Assembly (NCBI RefSeq): GCF_964194155.1
Contig: NC_135891.1
Coordinates: forward strand, 119,350,001-119,414,000
Length of the DNA: 64,000 nt
Direction of reading: 5' to 3'
Source of the DNA: Cetorhinus maximus
Taxonomy: Eukaryota
The notes under the pieces are model-generated. The model saw nothing but the letters and a program-made list of their open reading frames with translations. It was not told where the DNA came from and searched no databases. The position numbers were made by a program, and so were the translations under genes. Shown here one piece after another: positions 44,901 to 54,900 of this stretch. Every line of letters starts with the position of its first letter. Positions within the stretch are counted from its first letter, which is position 1.

Positions 44901-47900
44901 CCGTGGGGGTGCAATACAGTACTCTCAAAGGACGTGAGTCCACACACAATGACATCCATACTCAGCTTTTCATTGGCTTCTGAGTACTACACGCAAGTGA
45001 TAGGTTCCTTGGCGGTGAATACTTTGCACTATTGGGGCCCTCAGTAGTACATTGTTAAAAGAAAGGGAAGGCCAAGCCCTTGGATACTGCTCCACAAACA
45101 TAAAAACATCCACACAGATATTTCATGGATGTTCATAGGCATTACCAAGTGTGTCTGAGCCTCAGGAACCAGGAACTGGCCAGGTCAAGATTGCCCTTCT
45201 CCCACATGTTCACTACTCAGAAAACACCCTGATCCTTGCCACTGCATTGGGAGACACCAAAATAAAGTCAAAAAGGGCTGAAGCTACACAACAGACTAGT
45301 CAGTAGCTACAAAGAGTGAAGACAGGATACTGACATTTCAGGCATGTAACTCTTCATCAGAACACTACATCAATAGAATCAATGTATCATTCTGTGCTGC
45401 AGTAAATGCCATAAGCAGAATGTATAACCCTGGCCAACATGTAAACAATAATAAAATTATGCAAATAAAATATGACATGCACCTCTGACATCCAAATTTG
45501 TGTACAATGGGGTGGGGGAATGGTAAAATCTTCAAGGTGCACAAGACAGACAGTGGTTGCATTTAGAAACGCTAAAGCACAGAGTGCTTATGCACTGAAG
45601 GTGACATTTTCTTAAGATGACAACTCCTGAAGTCTAGATAAGAGCAAAATGAATGTCACATTAACCAAGAATTGAAACTCTGGTTAACCAATGACAGGTT
45701 TAAAAATTCAAACAGGTGATAAGTGTCTACACAAGCAATAATTAGTTCCCCATCAGTGACTTGGGACATAGTAAGAAGAAGGGTGAGTAAACACTTCAGA
45801 TAAGTGGGAAGAGGACAGTCGATGATGGAAAATTAAAGAAGATTCCCCACCTTAGGCCTCCAAACAGTCAGAGAGAAATAGAAGAGCAGATATTTAGACA
45901 AATTACAGAGAAGTGTAAAAATAATAGGATAGTAATAATGGGGGATTTCAACTTCCCCAACATTAACTGGGTTAGTCATAGTGTGATAGGTTTAGAGGGA
46001 GCGGAATTCTTAAAATGCATCCAGGAGAGCTTTTTAAGTCAGTACATAGAAGGTCCTACAAGAGAGGGGGCGGTCCTGGACTTAATTTTAGGGAATGAAG
46101 CCGGGCAAGTGGTAGAGGTATCAGTGGGGGAGCATTTTGCAGATAGTGATCATAAATCCCTTAGATTCAAAGTTGTTATGGTAAAGGACAAGGATGGGCC
46201 AGAAATCAGAGTTCTAAATTGGGGGAAGGCCGATTTTAATAAGATCAGATATGATTTGGCCAGAGTGGACTGGGACCAGCTACTTTTAGGTAAATCTGCG
46301 TCAGAGCAGTGGGACTCATTCAAGAAGGGAATAGGGAGAGTACAGGGCCAACATATTCCAGTAAATACAAAGGGTGGGACCAACAAATCCAGGGGACCCT
46401 GGATGTCAAGGGATATACAGGATTGGATAAAGAGAAAAAGGGAGGCTTATGGCAGATACCAAGGGTTCAAAATGGTGGAAGTCCTAGAGGAGTATAGAAT
46501 GTGTAGGGGGGGAACTTAAAAAGGAAATTAGGAGAGCACAAAGGGGGCATGAAAAAACATTGGCAGGTAAAATAAAAGGAAAATCCAAAGTTATTTTACA
46601 AGTACATTAAGAGTAAGAGGATAACTAGGGAAAGAGTAGGACTCATTAAGGACTATAGTGGTAATTTGTGTGTGGAGCCGGAAGATGTAGGTAGGGTTCT
46701 AAATGAATACTTTGTGTCAGTGTTCACAAGTGAGAGGGATGACGTGGGTATGGAAATCAGCAGAAGGACTGTGATACAATTAAAGAAATGAGCACAGAAA
46801 GGGAGAGGTTCTAAGTGGTTTGGCAGGCTTAAAAGTAGATAAATCTCCAGGCCTGCATGAAACGTATCCCAGGCTGTCGAGTGAGGCAAGGGAGGAGATA
46901 GCAGGGGCGCTGGCAATAATTTTCAAAAACTTGCTGGCCACAGGACTGGAGGACAGCCAATGTGGTACCATTATTTAAGAAGGGAGGAAGGGATAAACCA
47001 GAGAACTACAGGCCAGTCAGTCTAACCTCAGTGGTGGGACAACTATTGGAAGCAATTCTGAGGGACAGAATTAATCTACACTTGGAGAGGCAGGGATTAA
47101 TCAAGGACAGTCAGCATGTTTTTGCTAACGGGAGGTCATGTCTGACCAATTTGATTAAATTTTTCAGAGGTGACCAGCTGTGCAGATGAGGGCAATGCAT
47201 TTGATGTAGTCTACTTGGACTTCAGCAAGGCTTTTGATAAGGTCCCGCATGGGAGACTGATAACGAAGGTAAGAGCCCATGGGATCCAAGGCAATTTGGA
47301 TCCAGAATTGGCTGAGTAGTAGGAGGCAGAGGGTGATGATCGTGGGGTGTTTTTGTGACTGGATGCGTGTGTCCAGTGGGGTTCCATGGGGATCAGTGTT
47401 AGGTCCCTTGCGGTTTGTGGTATATATAAACAATTTAGACATGAATGTTGGAGGGTAGATCAGTAAGTTCGCGGATGACATGAAAATTGGTAGGATGGTA
47501 AATAGTGAGGAGGATAGCCTTAGATTACAGGAGGATATAGACGGGCTGATCAGGGGCAAAAAGAATTTAATCCGGATAAATGTGAGGTGATGCACTTGGG
47601 CAGGACAAACAAGGCACGAGAATACACGATGAATGGTAGGACCCTGGGAAGTACCGAGGATCAGAGGGACCTTGGTGTGCATATCCACTGGTCTCTTAAG
47701 GTAGCAGGACACGTAGATAAGGTGACTAAGAAGGCATATGGAATATTTGCCTTTATTAGCTGAGGCATAGAATATAACAGCAGGGAGGCTATGCTGGAAC
47801 TGTGTAAAACACTGGTTAGGCCACAGCTAGAGTATTGCATGTAGTTCTGGAATCCTCATTATAGGAAGAATGTGATTGCACTAAAGAGAGTGCAGAGGAG

Positions 47901-48595
47901 ATTTACCAAGATGTTGCCTGGGCTGGGGAGTTTTAGTTACAAGGAGAGATTGAATAGACTGGGGTTATTTTCCCTGGAGCAGAGGAGATTGAGGGGGGGA
48001 CATGATTGAGGTGTATAAAATTATAAGGGGCATAGATAGGGTAGACAGGAAGGCACTTTTCCCCTTGGTGGAGGGATCAATACCAGGGGGGCAGAGATTT
48101 AAGGTAAGGGGCAGGAGGTTTAGAGGGGATGAGAGGAAGAATTTTTTCACCCAGAGGGTGGTGGGAATCTGGAGCTCACTGCCTGAAAGGGCGGTAGAGG
48201 CAGAAACCCTCATAACATTTGAGTAGTATTTGGATGTGCACTTGCAATGGCATACAAGGCTATGGGCCTAGTACTGGAAAATGGGACTAGAATAGTTAGG
48301 TACTTGTTTGACTGGTGCAGGGTCGATGGACTGACGGGCCTTTTTCTGTGCTGTAGACCGCTATGGCTCTAACTGGGGTTAATCTGAATTCTCAGCCCTC
48401 TTGGTGGGGGCACTAACCCCTGGATGGGACTAATCCCTCTCCTTCCTTCGCTATTTAAAGTTTAGTCCAAAGATAAAAAGTGCCTTTAGTTCATGGAAGC
48501 TTTTTCCTCAATTCTAACGGCTATTGCCCCTTATCGAGCCCTTTCCTCACCCGTAATATATCGCAACACCAACCTGCATCTCCCTCCATAGCCAT
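23909..48595 (-). CDS. SUGP1: SURP and G-patch domain-containing protein 1, complete spliced CDS (14 coding exons, 1968 nt, 655 aa)
   Basis: All exons join in frame. Contains the NKFANDGSF motif, two SURP domains, ULM-like KKKKKSRW, a G-patch ([19 protein letters not shown]) and the C-terminus [15 protein letters not shown] as in vertebrate SUGP1. Confidence 0.96.
24779..24908 (-). CDS. SUGP1: SUGP1 exon 13
   Basis: [43 protein letters not shown]|gtaggt, 130 nt. Confidence 0.96.
25572..25717 (-). CDS. SUGP1: SUGP1 exon 12 (G-patch)
   Basis: [48 protein letters not shown]|gtactg, 146 nt. Confidence 0.96.
26980..27086 (-). CDS. SUGP1: SUGP1 exon 11
   Basis: (E)[35 protein letters not shown]|gtacgt, 107 nt. 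Confidence 0.96.
27180..28325 (-). mobile_element. Adjacent CR1 LINE 3' fragments
   Basis: [33 protein letters not shown] (ORF 27927-28193); cataagaaatagg 3' tails. Confidence 0.85.
28661..28838 (-). CDS. SUGP1: SUGP1 exon 10
   Basis: [12 protein letters not shown]...YDSDEE...[16 protein letters not shown]|gtaaac, 178 nt. Confidence 0.96.
29839..29945 (-). CDS. SUGP1: SUGP1 exon 9
   Basis: [35 protein letters not shown]|gtaaat, 107 nt. Confidence 0.96.
31063..31388 (-). CDS. SUGP1: SUGP1 exon 8 (second half of SURP2, poly-Ser, ULM-like motif)
   Basis: [14 protein letters not shown]...KRKSSPE...[23 protein letters not shown]...GLT|gtaagt, 326 nt. Confidence 0.93.
31849..31964. mobile_element. 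Harbinger-type MITE (116 bp)
   Basis: TIRs gggcagaattttatgac / gtcgtataattctgccc (15 of 17 match), same terminus as the 5815 element. Confidence 0.75.
32625..33087 (+). mobile_element. CR1 LINE 3' fragment
   Basis: CR1 ORF2 end and 3' UTR, ending tcttatgttct. Confidence 0.7.
33242..33365 (-). CDS. SUGP1: SUGP1 exon 7 (first half of SURP2)
   Basis: ttaaag|(V)[40 protein letters not shown](W)|gtaagc, 124 nt. Confidence 0.95.
33366..33470 (-). promoter_or_regulatory. Conserved intronic 3' splice-site element before SUGP1 exon 7 (candidate poison alternative acceptor)
   Basis: 71 of 72 nt identical to 36831-36901; upstream Py tract plus AG at 33431-33432. Confidence 0.75.
34460..35570 (+). mobile_element. 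Two decayed CR1 LINE 3' fragments
   Basis: [15 protein letters not shown]; gagagggtgatctatttgaggttttcaaaat; CR1 3' UTR. Confidence 0.7.
36216..36355 (-). CDS. SUGP1: SUGP1 exon 6 (second half of SURP1)
   Basis: tgcag|[24 protein letters not shown]...SVPK|gtaggg, 140 nt. Confidence 0.94.
36707..36830 (-). CDS. SUGP1: SUGP1 exon 5 (first half of SURP1)
   Basis: ttaaag|(V)[40 protein letters not shown](S)|gtgagt, 124 nt. Confidence 0.95.
36831..36940 (-). promoter_or_regulatory. Conserved intronic 3' splice-site element before SUGP1 exon 5 (candidate poison alternative acceptor)
   Basis: Near-identical to 33366-33437; upstream Py tract plus AG at 36895-36896. Confidence 0.75.
39280..39950. 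mobile_element. Non-autonomous Penelope-like element with ~200-bp inverted arms
   Basis: 39285-39487 is the reverse complement of 39709-39900 at high identity; related copy at ~11650-11970. Confidence 0.6.
41161..41400 (-). CDS. SUGP1: SUGP1 exon 4
   Basis: GVPPSNSS...[38 protein letters not shown]|gtaact, 240 nt. Confidence 0.93.
43036..43130 (-). CDS. SUGP1: SUGP1 exon 3
   Basis: [31 protein letters not shown]|gtgagg, 95 nt. Confidence 0.94.
43802..44003 (-). CDS. SUGP1: SUGP1 exon 2
   Basis: tgtag|(G)KAGGATKS...[21 protein letters not shown]...|gtatgt, 202 nt. Confidence 0.92.
45853..48372 (+). mobile_element. CR1 LINE ORF2, ~2.5 kb, 5'-truncated and decayed, in SUGP1 intron 1
   Basis: [10 protein letters not shown] (APE end), [37 protein letters not shown]; CR1-type 3' end. 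Confidence 0.92.
48574..48595 (-). CDS. SUGP1: SUGP1 exon 1 (coding part, MAMEGDA-G)
   Basis: Strong Kozak gccATGG; 22 nt, phase 1 matching exon 2; donor CAG|gttggt; lies in the CpG/ETS promoter. Confidence 0.8.
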
Positions 48596-48927
48596 GGCTT
48601 CATATCCTAGTGCCGTCACTTCCGGCTAGCCGGATCATAACCGTCACACGACCGGAAGTTTATCATCCCTCCGCGGGGCGCTCTGGGAGTTGCAGTTTTC
48701 TGTCCTGTTGATGTCAATGGCAGAAGCCGGAAAAAACTACAAATTTGTGTATCATCTAGAAAATACAAGAAATTAATTTATCCTTCCAAATTTATGTATT
48801 TATTTATACATAATGGTACGCGAGATATATATATATATATATTTAAATAAGGAATTTGAAGGACAGTTTTTTATTCAGAAGGTGGGGATTACTTCCGGTG
48901 GGGAAGGGAAGTGACGCGACGGCAGCA
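48596..48927. promoter_or_regulatory. Bidirectional promoter shared by SUGP1 and SUGP2
   Basis: ETS/GABPA motifs CCGGAAGT at 48618-48625(-), 48652-48659(+), 48891-48898(-). ETS-CRE-like GGAAGTGACG before each ATG. ZNF143/THAP11-like AACTGCAACTCCCAG at 48683-48697(-) and ACTACAAAT near 48736. Local CpG enrichment. Confidence 0.8.
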
Positions 48928-48949
48928 ATGGAGGAGAGGTTTTGTCCAG
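48928..48949 (+). CDS. SUGP2: Putative SUGP2 first coding exon (MEERFCP-E)
   Basis: gcaATGG Kozak; 22 nt, phase 1 fits the acceptor at 54900; donor CAG|gtttgt. No homolog of the human N-terminal MAARRITQETFD exon was found. Confidence 0.5.
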
Positions 48950-51900
48950 GTTTGTGGGGCTGAGGTGGGGAAGGAGAGGAGATGGGGGAGAGATCGGGGA
49001 TCACACCTGGGTCTGGGGACACGGCCAGAGGTTTAAAGAGGGTGGGGGCTTGGAAACTCCCGCTCACCTGCGGCTCGGAGTGAAGCGGGCTCAGTGGCCG
49101 AGGCTGGGCCTGTAAGCGGTAACCAGGGGCAACCGAGCCCGGGGTTCAGGGGGAGAGATAAGGCCTGAGCCCCACTTTAGGACAACAAGGCCTTGTTTTG
49201 GAGAAAGATCTGACACCCCCGTCATCCCGGGAATGGCTGGATGTATTCCTGGAGGTTTCATCATGTGGCCTCCCGCCTCAGTCTCCTCCATTTCTTTAAC
49301 TACAAAAATTTTCAAGAAATATGAACAAAAATATCATTTTTTAAATACCCCTGTGATTTTTATCCTGGGGCGCCCACAGCAGACTCCAGGAATTTAAACT
49401 TTATTTTCTGGAGACTCCAGGTTAATCCTAGAGCACCGGCAACACTAATCTTAGGGCATTTGGTCCCTGCTGTGGGAGAGGAACTAATGTCCCACCTGGG
49501 CTAGCTGGAAGCAACAAGGCCCAATATGGGGAAAGGGGTTGATAACTGCACCCCAGGGTAACGATGCAGTTTTCGTGACAAGTCTGATACTTTGTCCCCC
49601 AACCCCTCGTACCCTGTATGAGGAGGGGACTCATACTCCTACCTCATAATGAAGTGGGAGTATGCTTGGTAAATGGGTAAAGGATCTGACACCTCCATCT
49701 GCCTTCCCAAAGCAACAGCCTTCTGACATTGAATGAGATCCCAGCTCTTAATCAGATTTAAAGAATCACTGCAAATGGTGGAGATCTAAAATAAATGCAA
49801 AAACCCCTGGGAACTCACAACTATCAGCATCTGACTGATTAACTTTATGGCACTTGTTTTCTCATGCTGACAAATCTGTTGTGCCTATAGAAAATGTTTT
49901 GTCATTATTTCTTGATAAAATTCTTTGTGCATATGTGTGTGGTAGACGTTTGTTCTCTTTAAGTTTGAACCTTCCTCCCTGTGGCTCAGTTCAACAAACA
50001 TCTTATTGATGCAATCTTATTGACTTCTATTAAGACATAGGTTGAGTTATATTAAATGTAAATAAAATTCCACTATGGTCTCTGTTGTCAAACTGCATGT
50101 TCACTACTGCAGTGAAAGGTTCCTTCTGCTAAAATAGTTGCTATCATCCATTGCTGTTAATAATATCCAGCCCATATAGTTATTTTTCAAATTGGTAAAC
50201 CATATTGTCCACAGGTTTATTTCTTTTGGAACCATTGTATGACATGAATTAATTGTCTTAATCTCTTTAAATTATACCCAACGCCCAGTGATCATCTTCC
50301 ATGGACAGACTTGGATGTGCAGAAATTTCCCATGTTTAAATGTACTGTATTAATTGTAAGCCTTTGGAACACTGATAGAAACAGCAGACTTGCAGGTGTT
50401 GCTGATGCTGCTGATCTGTTCTTCATTGTGTGTTTATACAGCTGTAAATTGCTTCTCCAGGCACAACACAAGTTTGGAAGGTCAGAACCAATAACTATTG
50501 CTGCTGAATAACTATTACAGTTCAAATGGACAGAGCTTGACAATTTAGACTGACTTACATTCGCTATCACAAAGAGCAGTTGAGCAGACAGTCTTGTTGC
50601 ATTTAAGGGGAAGCTGGATAAACACACGTGAGAGAAAAGAATAGAAGGGTATGGTGAATAGGGTGAGATGAAGAGGGGTGAGTGGAGGCTTGTGTGGAGC
50701 ATGAACTGGCATGGACCACTTAGGCTGAACGACTTGTTTGTGTGCTGTACTTGCTATGCAGCTTATTAAAAAAAAGCTGTGTCACTAAACAAGCAGCTGT
50801 TCTCGTTTGTACCTGTAGAACATCCTGCTAGGTCAGTGACCCTGGCTGGTTTCTTCTGATTGTAACTGGTAACAGTAGCAGAGTAGGACATGACCTCCTG
50901 TGCTTTTGATTAATACTGATTAAAAAGTGGGGAAATAGAATTATATATATCACATTGGTTGGATTTAGAAATGGAATCTCTATAATTAGTGCTTTAACTT
51001 CAATAAATTAAATCTATCGGAAGCCCACGGATATTTTGATTGCAGTGGATGTAGTAATATGGGGAAGTACGGTGGCTGTTTTTTGTTGGGTTTATATGCA
51101 TTCAGATGGAGAGTCATCTACCCGAAATCTCAGATTAATGAAATTGTTGATGCCTGTCATTCATTTTTACCTTAGAAAGCAGTTTTTTAAAATATTCTTT
51201 CATGGGTTTTGGGCATCACTGGCAAGACCAGAATTTGTTGCCCATCTGCTGCAAGACTTTGTGCACAATGATGTAGCTGAAAGGAAAAAAATAGACTCAT
51301 ATCTGCTGATTCCACTTTAAAATAAATTCAGGAAAATTATCCTTTTTTTAGATCAAACCTTCCCTTGAACAGGTGCCTACCTCATGTGGTTTTCGCCTCA
51401 TTATTAGCTTGCTCTGTGTATCCAATACCATTTCAGTGTAAAGTAGCTCCAGATCAACTTTCAAACTAGTCCAGCATGATCATCCCCCCCAACTACACCA
51501 AGCACTTTAATGTTGATGACCTCAGGGAACAGTCTAGAAGCAAGGAGACTACATGATCTGGTGGGCTATCTGTAGAGTTAAAAATTCCAATTTCTTCAAA
51601 AAAAGCAAGGATAGTTTTTCTTAGAATAGATTTTTTTGACTACATATAATGGGAGTGCTTTAAATGGAAAGCAACCTTAAGATTTCTCTTCTCCCTCTTT
51701 ATATCTAACGGAAGAAGTGATTGAGGTTTTGGGCAAAGTTAGGGTACTTCTCCTTAGATCAGCAAAGGTTAAGAGGAGATTTGATAGAGGTGTTTGAAAT
51801 CATGAATGGTTTAGTCGAGGAAATATGGAGTGTCTTTCCAATGGTTGAAGGGTTGATAACCAGAGGGCACAGGCTTGAAGGTAATTGGCAAAAGAGCCAG

Positions 51901-54900
51901 AGGTTTCAGGAGGAAAATCATTTTTATGCAACTAGTGCTTCAGGGTGGTGAAAACAGATTCAATAATAACAGGATTACTCTTTGAAGGAGCTGACACAGA
52001 CTCGATATTCTGAATGGTCTCCTTCCGTGTTGTACTATTCTGTGATATATGGTTAACCACTACTTGCAGTTCCCGATCACTAAAAGAAGATATGTACTGA
52101 ATGATCTTCCAAAAATTCATACTCTATTACTAGGGAAAATGTGAAGTTTTGTGTCTTGAATGCTGTTCTTCCTTCCCTTTCCCATTCCTATTCCTAGTTT
52201 AAGATCGTTCCAGGCTGTTGAACGGTATCTATAGTATGGTTTGTTCTTACTAAATCTTGAGTAGAAAGTGATAATAGTATTTGCCTTGAAAGCAAAATGC
52301 AAATACTCACTGCTGCTCGTGTTTTCTGGTGCATCCTTTCACCACAGAACCTGACTAACTGCTCTTTGATCTTATCAGGTGAGTAAGTATAAAGTGGGGC
52401 AGTGAAGTGTGGGGAGGTGCTGGGGAGGAGAACCTCACTGACTCTCTGTTTGACATCAGGAGGCCAAACCCATACTTGGGACATCCTGTTCTGATACCCT
52501 TAACAAGGGTTTTTGTGAGAAGGGATGTTGGATTGGAGCCCACTCTCAATGAACAGCAGAGATGCACCACGTCTGAAGTGATCCTGATGCTTTTAAATAC
52601 CTTGCATGTTAAGATGCTTATTTTGAATTCACAGAACTTCCTCTTCACTTTCAGTCCTGATACTGTAATGTCCCCTTCCACCTTAGCCAAGGGGGAGTGG
52701 TTTTAACCAGAGCATCCTTTCCTTTTCTTCAGCTGTGGAGGGTGGTCCTGTGGCAGCCTCATCTGTTTTTATTTCACATGGATTTCCTTACACATTCTTA
52801 CGTCCCCCCTATTTTCCTTCTATTTCTTATGCTTCTCAGACATCTTTACAGATGCAGCAAGGGGCAGTGGTTTTCAGTCAGTCATCTCTGCATAGTAGTA
52901 CATTTTCCTTCATGATAAAGGGGTCTGACCTCTTCCTGACTTGCAATATTACTATTGCTGCTGAACAATGTGATCTTAGTAATTCCTAAATTTGATTTTG
53001 TTTTTCAGTTCTGATTCAAACAAATTACATTTAAGAGTTGGACTGAATGTGGGTAATTCATTCTTCCTTTGTCCTTGAGGACAACGATGTTTGCCAAATG
53101 GTCACAGCTTCTCCTTTGTGATACCATATTTTAATACCTTTGAGGTATCATTCCTCTGTATTGTTTTCCTGCTCCTACACCATACACTATGTTTCAGGCC
53201 TCTGCTTTTCTTCCATTGGGAGGCTGAACTTAGCTGTTCTCATTCTGGTGCATCCAATTATTCCATATCTAGGAAGGTTGACCATCTGCTGTAGCAAGAG
53301 AACTGGCAGCTTCCAAGTTAGCAACATCCTGTAAAGCTGGTGGGATTACAAGGGGTCACCCTAGAAATGTTTTAAGTCATATGCACATGACTTCCTCGGA
53401 AAAATACCAAAGAACATTTTGTAATTGTGAGAGCAACGATTGGGATTGCACACAAATGGGAGTGGCAAACTGCTGTTACAAAAGAAGCCTCCATCTAGAT
53501 ACACTCACGATATCATGGATGTCTATGTGTACCGTTGATACTGTACACAAATTGACTGCCACATTACCCACATTACAATGACTGCTCATCAAAAATGCTT
53601 CATTGGCTGCAAAATGCAATGGGATGTCCTGAAGTTATAATAGGTGCTATAGAAATGAATCTTTCTTTAATTATCAGCAATATATGCAAAACACAACTGG
53701 TCTCATAGTCATCTCTGAGCAGAATAAATTCACTTCTCCACGTATTCTCACTGAATGTTCTACCTGCACACCACCAGTGTAATTTTACGAAGGGCTACAT
53801 TGAAGATTATTATCTGCACAGACTCACCTACATTCATTTGAGCTGCCATTTTGAAAATGTGATTTACAAATGGCAAAAAGTTAGATTCACATTTTTGTCT
53901 TGGTGCCAATCAGAATGTGTTACTGAAGTGGTGAAAGGTGTCAAAGAAGTGCACCTTTTTTCCAACATTGGTGCCAGTCCACATAGGATATTTCCTACTG
54001 GAATTTTATGTTTTGAACTTGTCTTGCATATGCATAATGCAAGTGTTGCTTATATTTCCATGTCCCCTTGAAAGCCTTATCTGACTTTCCTGCTTAGTCA
54101 GCAGAGACTTCTTGAAGACCGGAAACATCATTGGGGACAAAAGGCTTTGGAGTATTTTGCAAGATCATGAACCATTCAAAAATTCTTATCCTTCGTTTGT
54201 CTGTAAGGGCTGGTTTGGATGGTGGCTCTTTAGTCAGCTACATCTTCAGCTTTTAGCCAAAAGATAAATTAAGCCACATCAATGTGTTGGACATGAAGCC
54301 ACATGAACTTGCAGCTCCTCATATAAACCTTCACAATGCTGCCTTTTGTGAGTCATAAAGGAGAAAATAATTAGCTATGGAATCTGCGCTGCTGAATTTG
54401 GTTCTAGGTGAGTGGATTACAAATGGCCAGTGTATCTTGGCTAGTATGATCCAAAATACCTATGTCTAAAATTGGCTTTTTTCAAGCTGTTTTCCTCTAC
54501 TTGAGCAAATGGGTTCATGTCAGGGCATTTCATACCTCCATTCACCATACATCCTCAAGCCCAGTGGACAAAAGATGTGAGGCGCTCTCATTGTTTAGTA
54601 TCTTGAGGAGGACACTGCACATCTCCCTTGATAGGACAAATGGTTCCTGTTTTTCTTACTTGCATCTCTTGGATTATGTTGGATTTCCCAAAAGCAGTTA
54701 GTCAGGTGCATTTTGTGGTTTAAAAAACCATCATGTCTTTCTGATCTTTGTGGCGTTATCAGCATGCCCAAGTGATCTCTAATACATTAGCTTTTACATG
54801 AAATATAGATTACAACTTTTTTAAAACATTGTTTCAATTTTAATAAAAGAAAAGCTAAACACTTTTTTTCTTCCTTTCTTCCCCCCTCTGCCATTGAAGA

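Noticed and set aside
49300-54890. Additional SUGP2 exon equivalent to the human MAARRITQETFD exon
   Set aside because: No recognisable match found by eye; an unrecognised or non-coding exon cannot be excluded
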